NCBI GenBank assembly: GCA_902500745.1
Contig: CABVRS010000001.1
Span: forward strand, 1,184 to 65,183
DNA: 64,000 bases
Direction of reading: 5' to 3'
Source of the DNA: an uncultured Nitrospira sp.
GTDB taxonomy: Bacteria > Nitrospirota > Nitrospiria > Nitrospirales > Nitrospiraceae
Below the pieces are notes generated by a model, which did not search any database, had not been told where the DNA came from, and saw only the letters and a program-made list of their open reading frames with translations. Below are positions 8,915 through 17,880 of the stretch, piece after piece (the first letter of the stretch is position 1; each line of letters begins with the position of its first letter). Both the position numbers and the translations under genes were made by a program.

Positions 8915-10021
8915 ATGTACGCACGTGAGTTTCGTGATGGTGCCAAAGACGGACTAGAGGCGCTGGAGCCGCTCGATCCCGACAAAATCACCTCGTTTGG
9001 TGATCTGCTCGAGGCCATGGGCAAGACCGCGTTTGGCGGACGGCATCTCGGCAAAGCCTTCGATGTGCTCTGGGCGATGATCGAGGATCCGGACTGCCGA
9101 GTCGTCATGACGTTATCCGGCGCCATGACCATTGCCAAGATGGGAAAGATCATCACGAAGATGATCGATGAAGGCATGGTGCAATGCATCATCTCGACCG
9201 GGGCGTTGATGGCGCATGGGCTCAGCGAGTCTGTCGGAAAGACGCACTATCGACATGATCCATCGATGAGCGATGAAGAGCTTTTTCGTAAGGGGTACAA
9301 TCGTGTCTATGACACGCTCGAAATGGAAGCCAATTTGAATTATGTCGAGCATGTCGTTACCCGAACAGTGAAGCGCCTCAACGATGATCGACCGCTATCG
9401 TCCGAAGTCCTGACAAGAGAATTGGGGAAGACTTTGGCCGAAGAGTTTGATGGCGAAGGGATTCTGAAGAGCGCCTATTTGAAAAAGGTGCCGGTGTTTA
9501 TCCCGGCCTTCACCGATTCGGAAGTGGGACTCGATATGGGCACCTGGGCGATGGCACGAGAGGTTGATCGGGCACGGTCGCAGGCTGGTGACAAGGGTGA
9601 TTTAGCCGTCTTGCAAGCCATTCTCAAATCCTATCCGTCGTTTAATCCCTATCTGGATCTCAATAGTTATGCCGACCATGTCATGTCGGCCAAACGTCTC
9701 GGTATCTTCACGATCGGGGGAGGCGTTCCACGGAACTGGGCTCAACAAGTCGGTCCGTACATCGAAATCGGCAATTTGCGATTAGGATTGTCCGTGAAGC
9801 CGCCTCGATTTCAGTATGGGGTCAGGATCTGCCCCGAACCGGACTACTGGGGCGGGCTCAGTGGGTGCACGTACCAAGAGGGGCTCTCCTGGGGAAAATT
9901 CGTGACGCCTAAGGACGGTGGACAATTCGCCGAAGTCTTGAGCGATGCGACGGTGGTATGGCCTCTCTTAATGATGGGGCTGCTCGAGAGGAAAAAGGCC
10001 GGCGTGGTGCGCCAGTCGTGA
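8915..10021 (+). CDS. Deoxyhypusine synthase-like protein (SpeY/homospermidine pathway)
   Basis: GYNRVYD, PAFTDSE, IGGGVPRN, GGLSG..EGLSWGK (catalytic Lys). Confidence 0.9.
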   Translation: MYAREFRDGAKDGLEALEPLDPDKITSFGDLLEAMGKTAFGGRHLGKAFDVLWAMIEDPDCRVVMTLSGAMTIAKMGKIITKMIDEGMVQCIISTGALMAHGLSESVGKTHYRHDPSMSDEELFRKGYNRVYDTLEMEANLNYVEHVVTRTVKRLNDDRPLSSEVLTRELGKTLAEEFDGEGILKSAYLKKVPVFIPAFTDSEVGLDMGTWAMAREVDRARSQAGDKGDLAVLQAILKSYPSFNPYLDLNSYADHVMSAKRLGIFTIGGGVPRNWAQQVGPYIEIGNLRLGLSVKPPRFQYGVRICPEPDYWGGLSGCTYQEGLSWGKFVTPKDGGQFAEVLSDATVVWPLLMMGLLERKKAGVVRQS

Positions 10022-10659
10022 GATGGACGATTGATCGATGGCTGGTTCCACTGTGTATCGGTAGCATCCTCGTATGGTCGTGCGTAGCCTCCGCCGGGGA
10101 TTCGCCGGATACCGACGTCCGGGTCAGGGGGCAGGCCAATGCGCCGCTGACCTTGATCGAATACTCTGATTTCACCTGTGGGTACTGTCTGAAATTTTTC
10201 AAAGACACCTGGCCGCGCATTCAAGCCCGGTATGTCGATACCGGGAAAGTCCGATTTATCTACCGCGATTATCCACGCGCCGATCAAGGTCCTGGCGTCG
10301 ATGCGGCGACGGCGGCGCGCTGTGCTGGGGCGCAGGGCAAGTATTGGGCGATGCATGATCGCTTGTTTGCTGAAGGGGGCCGACTTGAGAAGCAAGTATA
10401 CCTTCGCCATACATCGGCAATCGGTCTTGATCAGTCCGCATTTGAGCGATGTTTTAAGGATGGACGCTATACCAGCGCAATTTTTGAGGATCGCCAGGAA
10501 GCTAACCGGTGGGGGTTCCATGGAACTCCTGGGTTCATCCTCATGAGAACGGCCAGTGAGCCGACCGAGAAAGAACCGGCCGTCGCGATACCTGGAGCAT
10601 TCCCCTTCGAGATGTTCGCGGAAGAAATTGATCGATTTCTGGCCCGTTCCCAACCGTAG
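10018..10659 (+). CDS. DsbA-family thioredoxin-fold protein
   Basis: Signal peptide, EYSDFTCGYC, GTPGF; GTGA overlap with the upstream stop. Confidence 0.9.
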   Translation: MRWTIDRWLVPLCIGSILVWSCVASAGDSPDTDVRVRGQANAPLTLIEYSDFTCGYCLKFFKDTWPRIQARYVDTGKVRFIYRDYPRADQGPGVDAATAARCAGAQGKYWAMHDRLFAEGGRLEKQVYLRHTSAIGLDQSAFERCFKDGRYTSAIFEDRQEANRWGFHGTPGFILMRTASEPTEKEPAVAIPGAFPFEMFAEEIDRFLARSQP

Positions 10660-10753
10660 CAAGATGATGCCGGAAGTGGGTGAACCTGTGTGTGTGATGA
10701 GAGTGTGGGTTTCGGTTCAATGGTCCTGTTCGTAAGCAAAGGTAGGGGGGCGT

Positions 10754-11026
10754 ATGGCGTCGATACAATCGTTCTGGCCCGTGTCCCATCGTGACGATGA
10801 CTTCTGGGTCTGTATGTCTTGTCTGACGGAAGTCTTCTACCGAAAAGTTCCCATGCCGGACTGTCCGTCCTGTCATGGTGTTTCAACATACGAAGGCTTT
10901 ACCTTGGAGGCGATTCGCGACTGGGGGACAGACGACCTGATCGCGAAAGCTGTAGCTGCACAAGAGGCAGCGACCTCGACTCAACCGCCCGTTGAATCCG
11001 CCGCGCCGGTTGAAGCGGCGGATTAG
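10754..11026 (+). CDS. Small zinc-ribbon/rubredoxin-like protein
   Basis: CMSC...CPSC motifs; strong RBS. Confidence 0.7.
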   Translation: MASIQSFWPVSHRDDDFWVCMSCLTEVFYRKVPMPDCPSCHGVSTYEGFTLEAIRDWGTDDLIAKAVAAQEAATSTQPPVESAAPVEAAD

Positions 11027-11060
11027 CACCAGCTTCATTACGGACTCAGCGAGCCTTCCC

Positions 11061-12515
11061 GTGCAGGAATCACGACCATTCCTCGTTCATGGACAATGGA
11101 AACAGGGCGAGATTGCGGCCCCGGTCGTGGATCCGTTCTCTGGAAAGCTGATCGCGCGGGTCGTCCAAGCGACCGAGTCCGATGTTGACCAGGCCATAGC
11201 GTCTACATCCAGCGCGGCTGGTCCTATGGGCCAGCTTCCGTCCCATGCCCGATACAATATTCTCCAACAGATCGCCGCACTGCTCTATCGACGTCGGGAC
11301 GAGTTCGCGCAGACAATGACAGCAGAGGCGGGCAAGCCGATCACCGATGCGAAGCGGGAGGTCAGCCGGGCCATTCAAACGTTCACGGTCGCGGCCGAAG
11401 AAGCGCGACGGATTCCGGGGGAGGTCATCCCGCTCGATTGGACGCCCGGCTTTGATACGCATCTTGGCCTGCTTCGCCGTTTTCCGATCGGACCGATTCT
11501 CGGGATTACCCCCTTTAACTTTCCGCTCAACCTTGTGGCACACAAGGTCGCACCGGCGCTGGCGTCCGGTAATCCGATTCTGATCAAGCCCGCTCCTCAG
11601 ACACCGTTGACGGCGCTCCTGCTTGGAGAAATCGCCGTAGAGGCGGGAGTCCCTCCGGGTGGACTGAATGTCGTGCCGTGCGACAATCTCTTGGCAGAGC
11701 GGATGGTGGTCGATCCGCGATTCAAGTTGCTGAGTTTCACCGGCAGTGCCTCAGTGGGATGGATGTTGAAGGCCAAGTGTGGAAAGAAAAAAGTCACGCT
11801 TGAGCTCGGAGGCAATGCGGGGGTCGTGATCGAATCGGATGCCGATATCGAACTCGCCGCCCAGCGTTGCGCCGCCGGTGGATTTGGGTATGCCGGCCAA
11901 ACCTGCATTTCCGTGCAGCGCATCTTCGTGCACCATTCAATTGCCGACCGCTTCACAACGAAACTGCTTATGCACGTCGCTCGCTTGAAGATGGGCGATC
12001 CGACCGACGAAACAACAAGCATCGGCCCGCTCATCGACGCTGCGGCTGCGCAACGGGTGGAAGGGTGGATCGGGGAAGCCGTGGCGGACGGCGCGCGCGT
12101 GTTGTTGGGTGGGAGGCGGACGGGATCGCTTATGGAGGCGACGGTCCTGTCAAATGTGAATCCTGAGATGAAGGTCTCATGCCGAGAGGTGTTCGGACCT
12201 GTCGTGACGGTCACGCCCTACCGTCAGCTGAGTGAGGCCGTCGCGTTGCTCAATCAATCGGATTTTGGACTACAGGCCGGTATTTTCACGCAGGACATCA
12301 ATAAGATTTTTTATTCCTTTCGTCATGTGGAGGTCGGTGCGGTCGTGGCGAACGACATTCCCACATTTCGTGCGGATCATATGCCCTACGGCGGGGTGAA
12401 AGATTCCGGTTTAGGACGCGAAGGCGTTCGCGCGGCGATCGAAGATATGACGGAGCCGCGCATGCTCATCATGAATTTGAAGGAACCGTTCGGCTCGATC
12501 GAAAAAAGTGTCTAG
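11061..12515 (+). CDS. Aldehyde dehydrogenase family protein
   Basis: ITPFNFP, FTGS, LELGGN, GQTCIS, EVFGP. Confidence 0.93.
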   Translation: MQESRPFLVHGQWKQGEIAAPVVDPFSGKLIARVVQATESDVDQAIASTSSAAGPMGQLPSHARYNILQQIAALLYRRRDEFAQTMTAEAGKPITDAKREVSRAIQTFTVAAEEARRIPGEVIPLDWTPGFDTHLGLLRRFPIGPILGITPFNFPLNLVAHKVAPALASGNPILIKPAPQTPLTALLLGEIAVEAGVPPGGLNVVPCDNLLAERMVVDPRFKLLSFTGSASVGWMLKAKCGKKKVTLELGGNAGVVIESDADIELAAQRCAAGGFGYAGQTCISVQRIFVHHSIADRFTTKLLMHVARLKMGDPTDETTSIGPLIDAAAAQRVEGWIGEAVADGARVLLGGRRTGSLMEATVLSNVNPEMKVSCREVFGPVVTVTPYRQLSEAVALLNQSDFGLQAGIFTQDINKIFYSFRHVEVGAVVANDIPTFRADHMPYGGVKDSGLGREGVRAAIEDMTEPRMLIMNLKEPFGSIEKSV

Positions 12516-12668
12516 AAGATATTGCGAAGCCAGTCCAATCTTGCTACAACAAACGCCCGATATTGCAGTTGATCTGGTCCGGTTTGTTTGTCTGGCTGGC
12601 GGATTGGAAATACGTCACCAAACAACCTCCGAACAACCAGACAGGCCGATTACCAGACGAAAGGGGAA

Positions 12669-13241
12669 ATGATGGTACCTAAGCATATGTTTTTAACGAG
12701 AGGAGTGGGGGTCCACAAGGAAAAGCTGACCTCCTTCGAGGAAGCGTTGCGCAGCGCTGGTGTGGCCTATTGCAATCTCGTCAGCGTGTCGTCCATTCTT
12801 CCGCCCCATTGCAAGGTTGTTCCCAGAAAACGTGGGGAGCAACTGTTGAAGCCTGGCGAGATTACGTTTTGCGTCATGGCGCGATCCGAGACCAATGAAC
12901 GAAATCAGCTGGTGTCAGCCTCCGTCGGTCTTGCGAAGCCCACGGACCTCGGCACGTATGGCTATCTCTCCGAGCACCATGCCCATGGTGAGACGGACGA
13001 GGAGACCGGAGAATATACGGAAGATCTCGCGGCGCAGATGTTGGCGACGACCTTAGGGGTCGAGTTCGACCCGAATGTGGCGTGGAAAGAGCGTGAACAA
13101 GTGTTCAAGATGGGTGGCAAAATCGTAAAGACCCAGAATATCACCCAGTCGGCCGTCGGAAAGAAGGGGAAGTGGACCACGGTCATCGCACTGGCCGTCT
13201 TCATCCCACCGGAGAATGTTCCCAACCGTTCCCGCAAGTAG
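12669..13241 (+). CDS. pdaD: Pyruvoyl-dependent arginine decarboxylase
   Basis: [21 protein letters not shown] self-cleavage motif, YGYLSEH. Confidence 0.9.
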   Translation: MMVPKHMFLTRGVGVHKEKLTSFEEALRSAGVAYCNLVSVSSILPPHCKVVPRKRGEQLLKPGEITFCVMARSETNERNQLVSASVGLAKPTDLGTYGYLSEHHAHGETDEETGEYTEDLAAQMLATTLGVEFDPNVAWKEREQVFKMGGKIVKTQNITQSAVGKKGKWTTVIALAVFIPPENVPNRSRK

Positions 13242-13314
13242 AGACGAATCGGGAGGGAGGGTCGGCAGCGTCGATGATGGCTCAGCTGCCCGCCTCACTG
13301 AGGGGAGACCGTCC

Positions 13315-14247
13315 ATGACGCTTCCCGCTGGTTGGGAGGGACCGAATCAGAATTTCCTGGGACTCGACGAACCTTGGTGTCATCCGGACCAAGCGGGCGT
13401 CTATGTGTTGCCGGCTCCTTACGAGCACACCTCCAGCTACATCCGTGGATCGGACCGTGGCCCATCGGCCATCCTGGAAGCCTCCAGCCAAGTCGAATTC
13501 TACGACGAACAGCTCGGTTGTGAACCCTATCGTGAATGGGGCGGGATTGCGACGACGGCCCCGTTGAATCTCAACGGGAAGGTTGATCGCGCAGCCGTCG
13601 ACGCCATCGAGGCATTTGTCTCACCACACGTCGGAGCCGGACGCTTTCTGGTCACGCTGACTGGCGAACACACCGGCGCCTTGGGGGCAATTCGGGCCCA
13701 CGCGAAACACTACCCGAAAATGACCATTGTGCAGATCGACGCCCACGGAGATTTGCGGGAGGCGTATCTCGGCAACCCGTTCAGCCATGCCAGCGTCATG
13801 GCGCGAGTCGTGGATGACGGGTTATCCCTGGTCCAGGTGGGGATCCGATCGATCAGTCCGGAAGAGGTGGCTCGCATCAACACCACGGACCGAATCACGA
13901 CGTTTTTTGCGGCTACGATTCTTGATCCGTCAGGCCCATATGAAGGCAGGGCGGCAAAATGGATTCCGGATGTGATTGCGGCCTGCCGAACGCCCGTCTA
14001 TCTGACATTCGACTGTGATGGATTAGATGCGTCGCTGGTTCCTGCCCTTGGAACCCCGGAGCCGGGTGGACTCGGCTGGTACGATACCCTCAATCTCATC
14101 ACCGCGCTTGCCAATGGACCGGGAATCGTCGGAATGGATGTCAGCGAGATCGCTCCCATAGAAGGGTTTGTGGCCCCGCAGTTTTCCGTCGCGCGGTTGA
14201 TCTATCGTATACTTGGACGGATTAGGGCCGGCCGCCGCGTACACTAA
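13315..14247 (+). CDS. speB: Agmatinase (ureohydrolase family)
   Basis: GEH, DAHGD, SHA, DCDGLD, GTPEPGG; adjacent to pdaD. Confidence 0.85.
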   Translation: MTLPAGWEGPNQNFLGLDEPWCHPDQAGVYVLPAPYEHTSSYIRGSDRGPSAILEASSQVEFYDEQLGCEPYREWGGIATTAPLNLNGKVDRAAVDAIEAFVSPHVGAGRFLVTLTGEHTGALGAIRAHAKHYPKMTIVQIDAHGDLREAYLGNPFSHASVMARVVDDGLSLVQVGIRSISPEEVARINTTDRITTFFAATILDPSGPYEGRAAKWIPDVIAACRTPVYLTFDCDGLDASLVPALGTPEPGGLGWYDTLNLITALANGPGIVGMDVSEIAPIEGFVAPQFSVARLIYRILGRIRAGRRVH

Positions 14248-14248
14248 G

Positions 14249-14370
14249 CCGGATACTGAAACAGGCTGCCCGCATCGTTCTCGCCTCGCTCAGACGCTCG
14301 ACGTACACCGACCGTACGACTCGCGCCTTCGCTCGCTGCGGCCTTGCTGGCAACCTGTTTGAGTATCCGG
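14249..14370. repeat. ~122-bp palindromic MITE/REP-like element
   Basis: Terminal inverted repeats CCGGATACTGAAACAGGCTGCC / GGCAACCTGTTTGAGTATCCGG; internal CTCGCTCAG..GACGTAC..GTACG..TTCGCTCGCTGCGGCCTTGCTGG resembles a dispersed repeat I recall from Nitrospira genomes. Confidence 0.75.
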
Positions 14371-14388
14371 AGGCGAGTCCAATTTCCC

Positions 14389-15102
14389 GTGGCTCACACC
14401 ATCCGCATCAATAAATTCTTTACCGAGCAGGGGATTTGTTCCCGGCGCGAAGCCGACCGTCTGATCGAGTCGGGCATCATCACGATAAATGGTCGGGTTG
14501 CGAAGCTGGGCGACCAAGTCGAGCCTGCAGACCTCATCGCCCGCGAGGGCCTGGTGATTCCTTGGGGCCAGACGACCCTTTATATCAAATATCACAAGCC
14601 GGTTGGCGTGACGACCACGAGCGAATCCCATGTCGCCCGCAACATCATTGCGGAGATCGGTCATCCTGAGCGGATTTTCCCGATCGGGAGGCTGGATAAG
14701 GATTCATCCGGCCTGATCTTGCTGACGAATGACGGTGATATCGTCAACGACATCCTTCGCACTGAATTTGGGCATGAACGGGAATATCTTGTGCGGGTCG
14801 ATCGCCCGTTTGACCGCCCATTCCTGGATCAGATGTCTCGAGGCGTGGTCGTTCTTGGGAGTCAGACGAAGCCGTGCCGAATGATTCGAGTGAGCGACGA
14901 TCGGTTTCGCATTATTCTCACCGAAGGGCGCAACCGGCAGATCCGGCGCATGTGCCAAGCGCTGGGCTATCGCGTGATCACACTCCACCGTACGAGGATC
15001 ATGCACATTACTGTGGAGGGACTGAGAGTCGGTCAATGGAAGGAACTCACCACTCAGGAACGAAAGCAGTTGCTGGCAGCGATAGGGCGTCATCCGGACT
15101 GA
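14389..15102 (+). CDS. RsuA/RluF-family pseudouridine synthase
   Basis: S4 domain SRREAD, YHKPVG, GRLDKDSSGL, EGRNRQIRRM. Confidence 0.92.
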   Translation: MAHTIRINKFFTEQGICSRREADRLIESGIITINGRVAKLGDQVEPADLIAREGLVIPWGQTTLYIKYHKPVGVTTTSESHVARNIIAEIGHPERIFPIGRLDKDSSGLILLTNDGDIVNDILRTEFGHEREYLVRVDRPFDRPFLDQMSRGVVVLGSQTKPCRMIRVSDDRFRIILTEGRNRQIRRMCQALGYRVITLHRTRIMHITVEGLRVGQWKELTTQERKQLLAAIGRHPD

Positions 15103-15173
15103 GGATGGCCATCGGTGTAGGGTGAGCGGCTCGAGAAGCTGTGAATCCTCGTAGAGCAAGTTCGATGTGAGGG

Positions 15174-16073
15174 TCAGGCCTGCAGCTCTCGCCGAGCCGT
15201 TCGGACGAGCGCAAGGACGGCCTGGTGTTTCAGGCGCCGTTCCACCGTGATCGCGTAGAAATGTTGCTTCAGAGTCTCAAGCTGTCCCACGACCTGCACT
15301 CGGTATTGGCGGCAGATCTCCTTCTCGATCACCGAAGCGCCGGGGAAGAGTCCATATCCGTCCTGGCCGAACGCCTTCAAGGTTGCGCTGTCGTCGAACT
15401 CACCGACAATGATCGGATGGAGGCCATGCTGGACCATCCATTGATCCAAGAGCCGTCGAAGCATCGCATTCGGGGTGGGCAACAGTATGGGCGCGCTGCG
15501 TAACGAATTTGGGAAGTCTCGACGATACTGCGCGGCCAACTTCGCGGTCGCGAACAACGTCACACCTGATTCACCTAACGGATGGTTATACATGTGCTCC
15601 TTGATACCCGCTGGGGCCGGGGTATCAGCAATCACCAAATCCGATCGATGCGCAGCCAGATCGGTTAACAGTTGGCGCAACTTATCTTCTTGGCAGATCA
15701 AGCGAGTCGGCCGGTACAGTTTCAGGGCCGATTTGAGGAGCTGCGTCGCGAGGGGTTTCGGCACGGCGTCCGCGATGCCCACCACGAGGCGGGTGGGTTG
15801 TCCATTGCCCTGGCTCTTGACCGTGTGCATGAGTTCCTGGCCGGTGGCAAAGATGTCTTCTGCGTACTTGAAGACCAGGTGCCCCATTTCCGTCAACGCG
15901 AGGCGGCGTCCGGTGCGAAGGAACAACTTCTCCCCCAGCGTGTTTTCCAAAAGACGAATTTGCCCGCTGATCGTGGGCTGTGCAAGACGGAGCTCTTCGC
16001 ACGCCTTCGTCATCGTGCCGTGCTTGGCGACGGACCAGAAATACAGTAGGTGATGGTAATTCAGCCAATCCAT
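15174..16073 (-). CDS. nhaR: LysR-family regulator, NhaR-like
   Basis: MDWLNYHHLLYFWSVA..LAQPTISGQIR..VGIADAVPK..EFDDSA. Confidence 0.88.
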   Translation of the reverse strand: MDWLNYHHLLYFWSVAKHGTMTKACEELRLAQPTISGQIRLLENTLGEKLFLRTGRRLALTEMGHLVFKYAEDIFATGQELMHTVKSQGNGQPTRLVVGIADAVPKPLATQLLKSALKLYRPTRLICQEDKLRQLLTDLAAHRSDLVIADTPAPAGIKEHMYNHPLGESGVTLFATAKLAAQYRRDFPNSLRSAPILLPTPNAMLRRLLDQWMVQHGLHPIIVGEFDDSATLKAFGQDGYGLFPGASVIEKEICRQYRVQVVGQLETLKQHFYAITVERRLKHQAVLALVRTARRELQA

Positions 16074-16114
16074 TCCAAATGGCCCTAGTGGTCGAAGTGA
16101 GGGGAACACTATAC

Positions 16115-16129
16115 ATCGGATTAGCCGAT
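16115..16129. promoter_or_regulatory. LysR T-N11-A box between nhaR and tolC1
   Basis: ATCGG-ATTAG-CCGAT dyad in the divergent intergenic region. Confidence 0.65.
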
Positions 16130-16221
16130 AACTCCAATCCGTTTTATCTATTTTGAAAAACGAACGGGAGATTGCTAGTGTGGGCGCCGTCCGCCACCCA
16201 GATGTGAAAGGACCATCCGTT

Positions 16222-17775
16222 ATGATCGCTCTGGTATTGGCCCTTATGACCTTCCTACCAATGACCGCACTGGCGGAACCGATTCATGATTCAAGCGCGT
16301 TGAAAGCACAGTCTGCACGCACCGAGCCCCTGACCATCGGAGAAGTGCTGGCTCGCATCGAGTTGACGCATCCGCTGCTTCAGGCGACGGGAGCTGAGCG
16401 GGCCAAGGCCAGGGCGAAAATCCTAAAGGCGCTTGGCGCGTGGGAACCGACGTTCAAGAATGTTACGCGAACCCAACGTTTTCAAACGTGGAACCTCACG
16501 ACGTCTCCCACGACATTTGATACACACAATGGGGGATTTGCCGATACCAAGCTCGAGTTTGGGCATCCCTGGGGCTTCCGCGTCCAGGGAGGGTTACGCA
16601 GCGGCTATGGAGATAACGGAAACCAAGGTGCTATTGCTCTTATCCCTGATCTACAAGCCTTCTATAATCAGCAGCAATTCATCCTCGGCGGATCATTCGA
16701 GCTACTACGCGGCCTCATGATCAACGAAGAGTACGCTGAGTTTCAGCAGGCTGAACTCGCGAAACCGCAAGCGGAGATCAAGGTGGCGCAGAAACGGCAA
16801 GATCTCTACCTGGCCGGGGCCGTGCAGTACTGGGATTGGCAGGTGGCCGTCAAACAGGCCGAGGTGGTGAAGCGTACGCTGGCCGTCGCGGAAGAACGCT
16901 ATAGACAGATCGAAGGACAGTCCAAGGCTGGTAAGGTGGCGCCGCTCGATGTCATTGAGACCAACCAAGAGGTACAGGTCAGGCGGGAGGCAGCCATCGC
17001 CGCGCAACGGAAGGTGGAGTATGAGCAATACAAGCTATCTCTCTTTCTCTGGGAGAACGGCGAGCCAGTGACGCCGCGCCCGGAATGGGCGCCGGAATTT
17101 CAGGGTGAAACGCCGCTTCCAACTATAGAGGAGGTCGCGGGATATAAAGTGGAGGCGAAAGAAGATCGGCCGGAAGTGCGGGACCTCTACATCGAAGCCA
17201 AGATGAACAATATCGATCTCAAGCTCGCCAAGAACAAACTGCTTCCTAAGTTGAATCTTGAAGGGGGGCCGACCGATGGTGCCACAGACTGGATTGTGGG
17301 AATCGGGTATCGAGTCGGTCTACATGCTGAGATGCCACTCTTCCAGCGGGAAGCGCGTGGGAAGGTCATGGCCGCGGAAGTGGGCCAGCAACAATTAATG
17401 CTTAAACAGCGATATACCGAGCAGCAAGTCAGCTTCGACGTGGATAATTGGCTCTCGGCGATCGTGCGGGCCAGGGACCGGGTGACAGCGGCGACGGAAG
17501 CTCTGCGGTTGGCGAAGACGCTGGAGGAAGGCGAACGGACCCGCTTCAATATGGGCGCGACCACAGTGCTGTTTGTGAACCTCCGTGAGCGCAACGTGGT
17601 GGAATCGGCGTACCAGCTGTATCGGGCGCAAGCCGACTATGCCGTGGCACGCGGCGGTATGTTGTGGGCTAGGGGAACATTGTCGAAGCCGTGGGCCGAA
17701 AGCGAATTGGCCAAGTACGGGAACCCGCTGACGGCAGCTGGTGCGTACGGGCTTAAAAAGATGGGCCGCGATTAA
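16222..17775 (+). CDS. TolC-family outer membrane efflux protein, copy 1
   Basis: Signal peptide, two OEP helical repeats, MPLF, ERTRFNMGATT. Confidence 0.88.
   Translation: MIALVLALMTFLPMTALAEPIHDSSALKAQSARTEPLTIGEVLARIELTHPLLQATGAERAKARAKILKALGAWEPTFKNVTRTQRFQTWNLTTSPTTFDTHNGGFADTKLEFGHPWGFRVQGGLRSGYGDNGNQGAIALIPDLQAFYNQQQFILGGSFELLRGLMINEEYAEFQQAELAKPQAEIKVAQKRQDLYLAGAVQYWDWQVAVKQAEVVKRTLAVAEERYRQIEGQSKAGKVAPLDVIETNQEVQVRREAAIAAQRKVEYEQYKLSLFLWENGEPVTPRPEWAPEFQGETPLPTIEEVAGYKVEAKEDRPEVRDLYIEAKMNNIDLKLAKNKLLPKLNLEGGPTDGATDWIVGIGYRVGLHAEMPLFQREARGKVMAAEVGQQQLMLKQRYTEQQVSFDVDNWLSAIVRARDRVTAATEALRLAKTLEEGERTRFNMGATTVLFVNLRERNVVESAYQLYRAQADYAVARGGMLWARGTLSKPWAESELAKYGNPLTAAGAYGLKKMGRD
16782..17235 (+). 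repeat. Direct repeat block A (second copy at 18350-18803)
   Basis: Apparently identical over 16782-17129 vs 18350-18697, then near-identical; offset 1568. Confidence 0.85.
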
Positions 17776-17880
17776 TCCGGCACAAGGAGCATCCTTTGAT
17801 GGCCGCTCTATTATTTGTGATTCTGATCTTGCTTCCCGTGACGACTCTCGCGGAGCCAGTGCACGATTCCAGCGTGGTGA
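17503..17880 (+). repeat. Direct repeat block B (second copy at 19071-19448)
   Basis: Apparently identical 378 bp spanning the gene 3' end, intergenic RBS and next signal peptide; offset 1568. Confidence 0.85.

Noticed and set aside
13315-14247. Guanidinase or arginase instead of agmatinase
   Set aside because: Adjacency to arginine decarboxylase and lack of a guanidine riboswitch, transporter or hypAB genes favour agmatinase; not excluded without an assay
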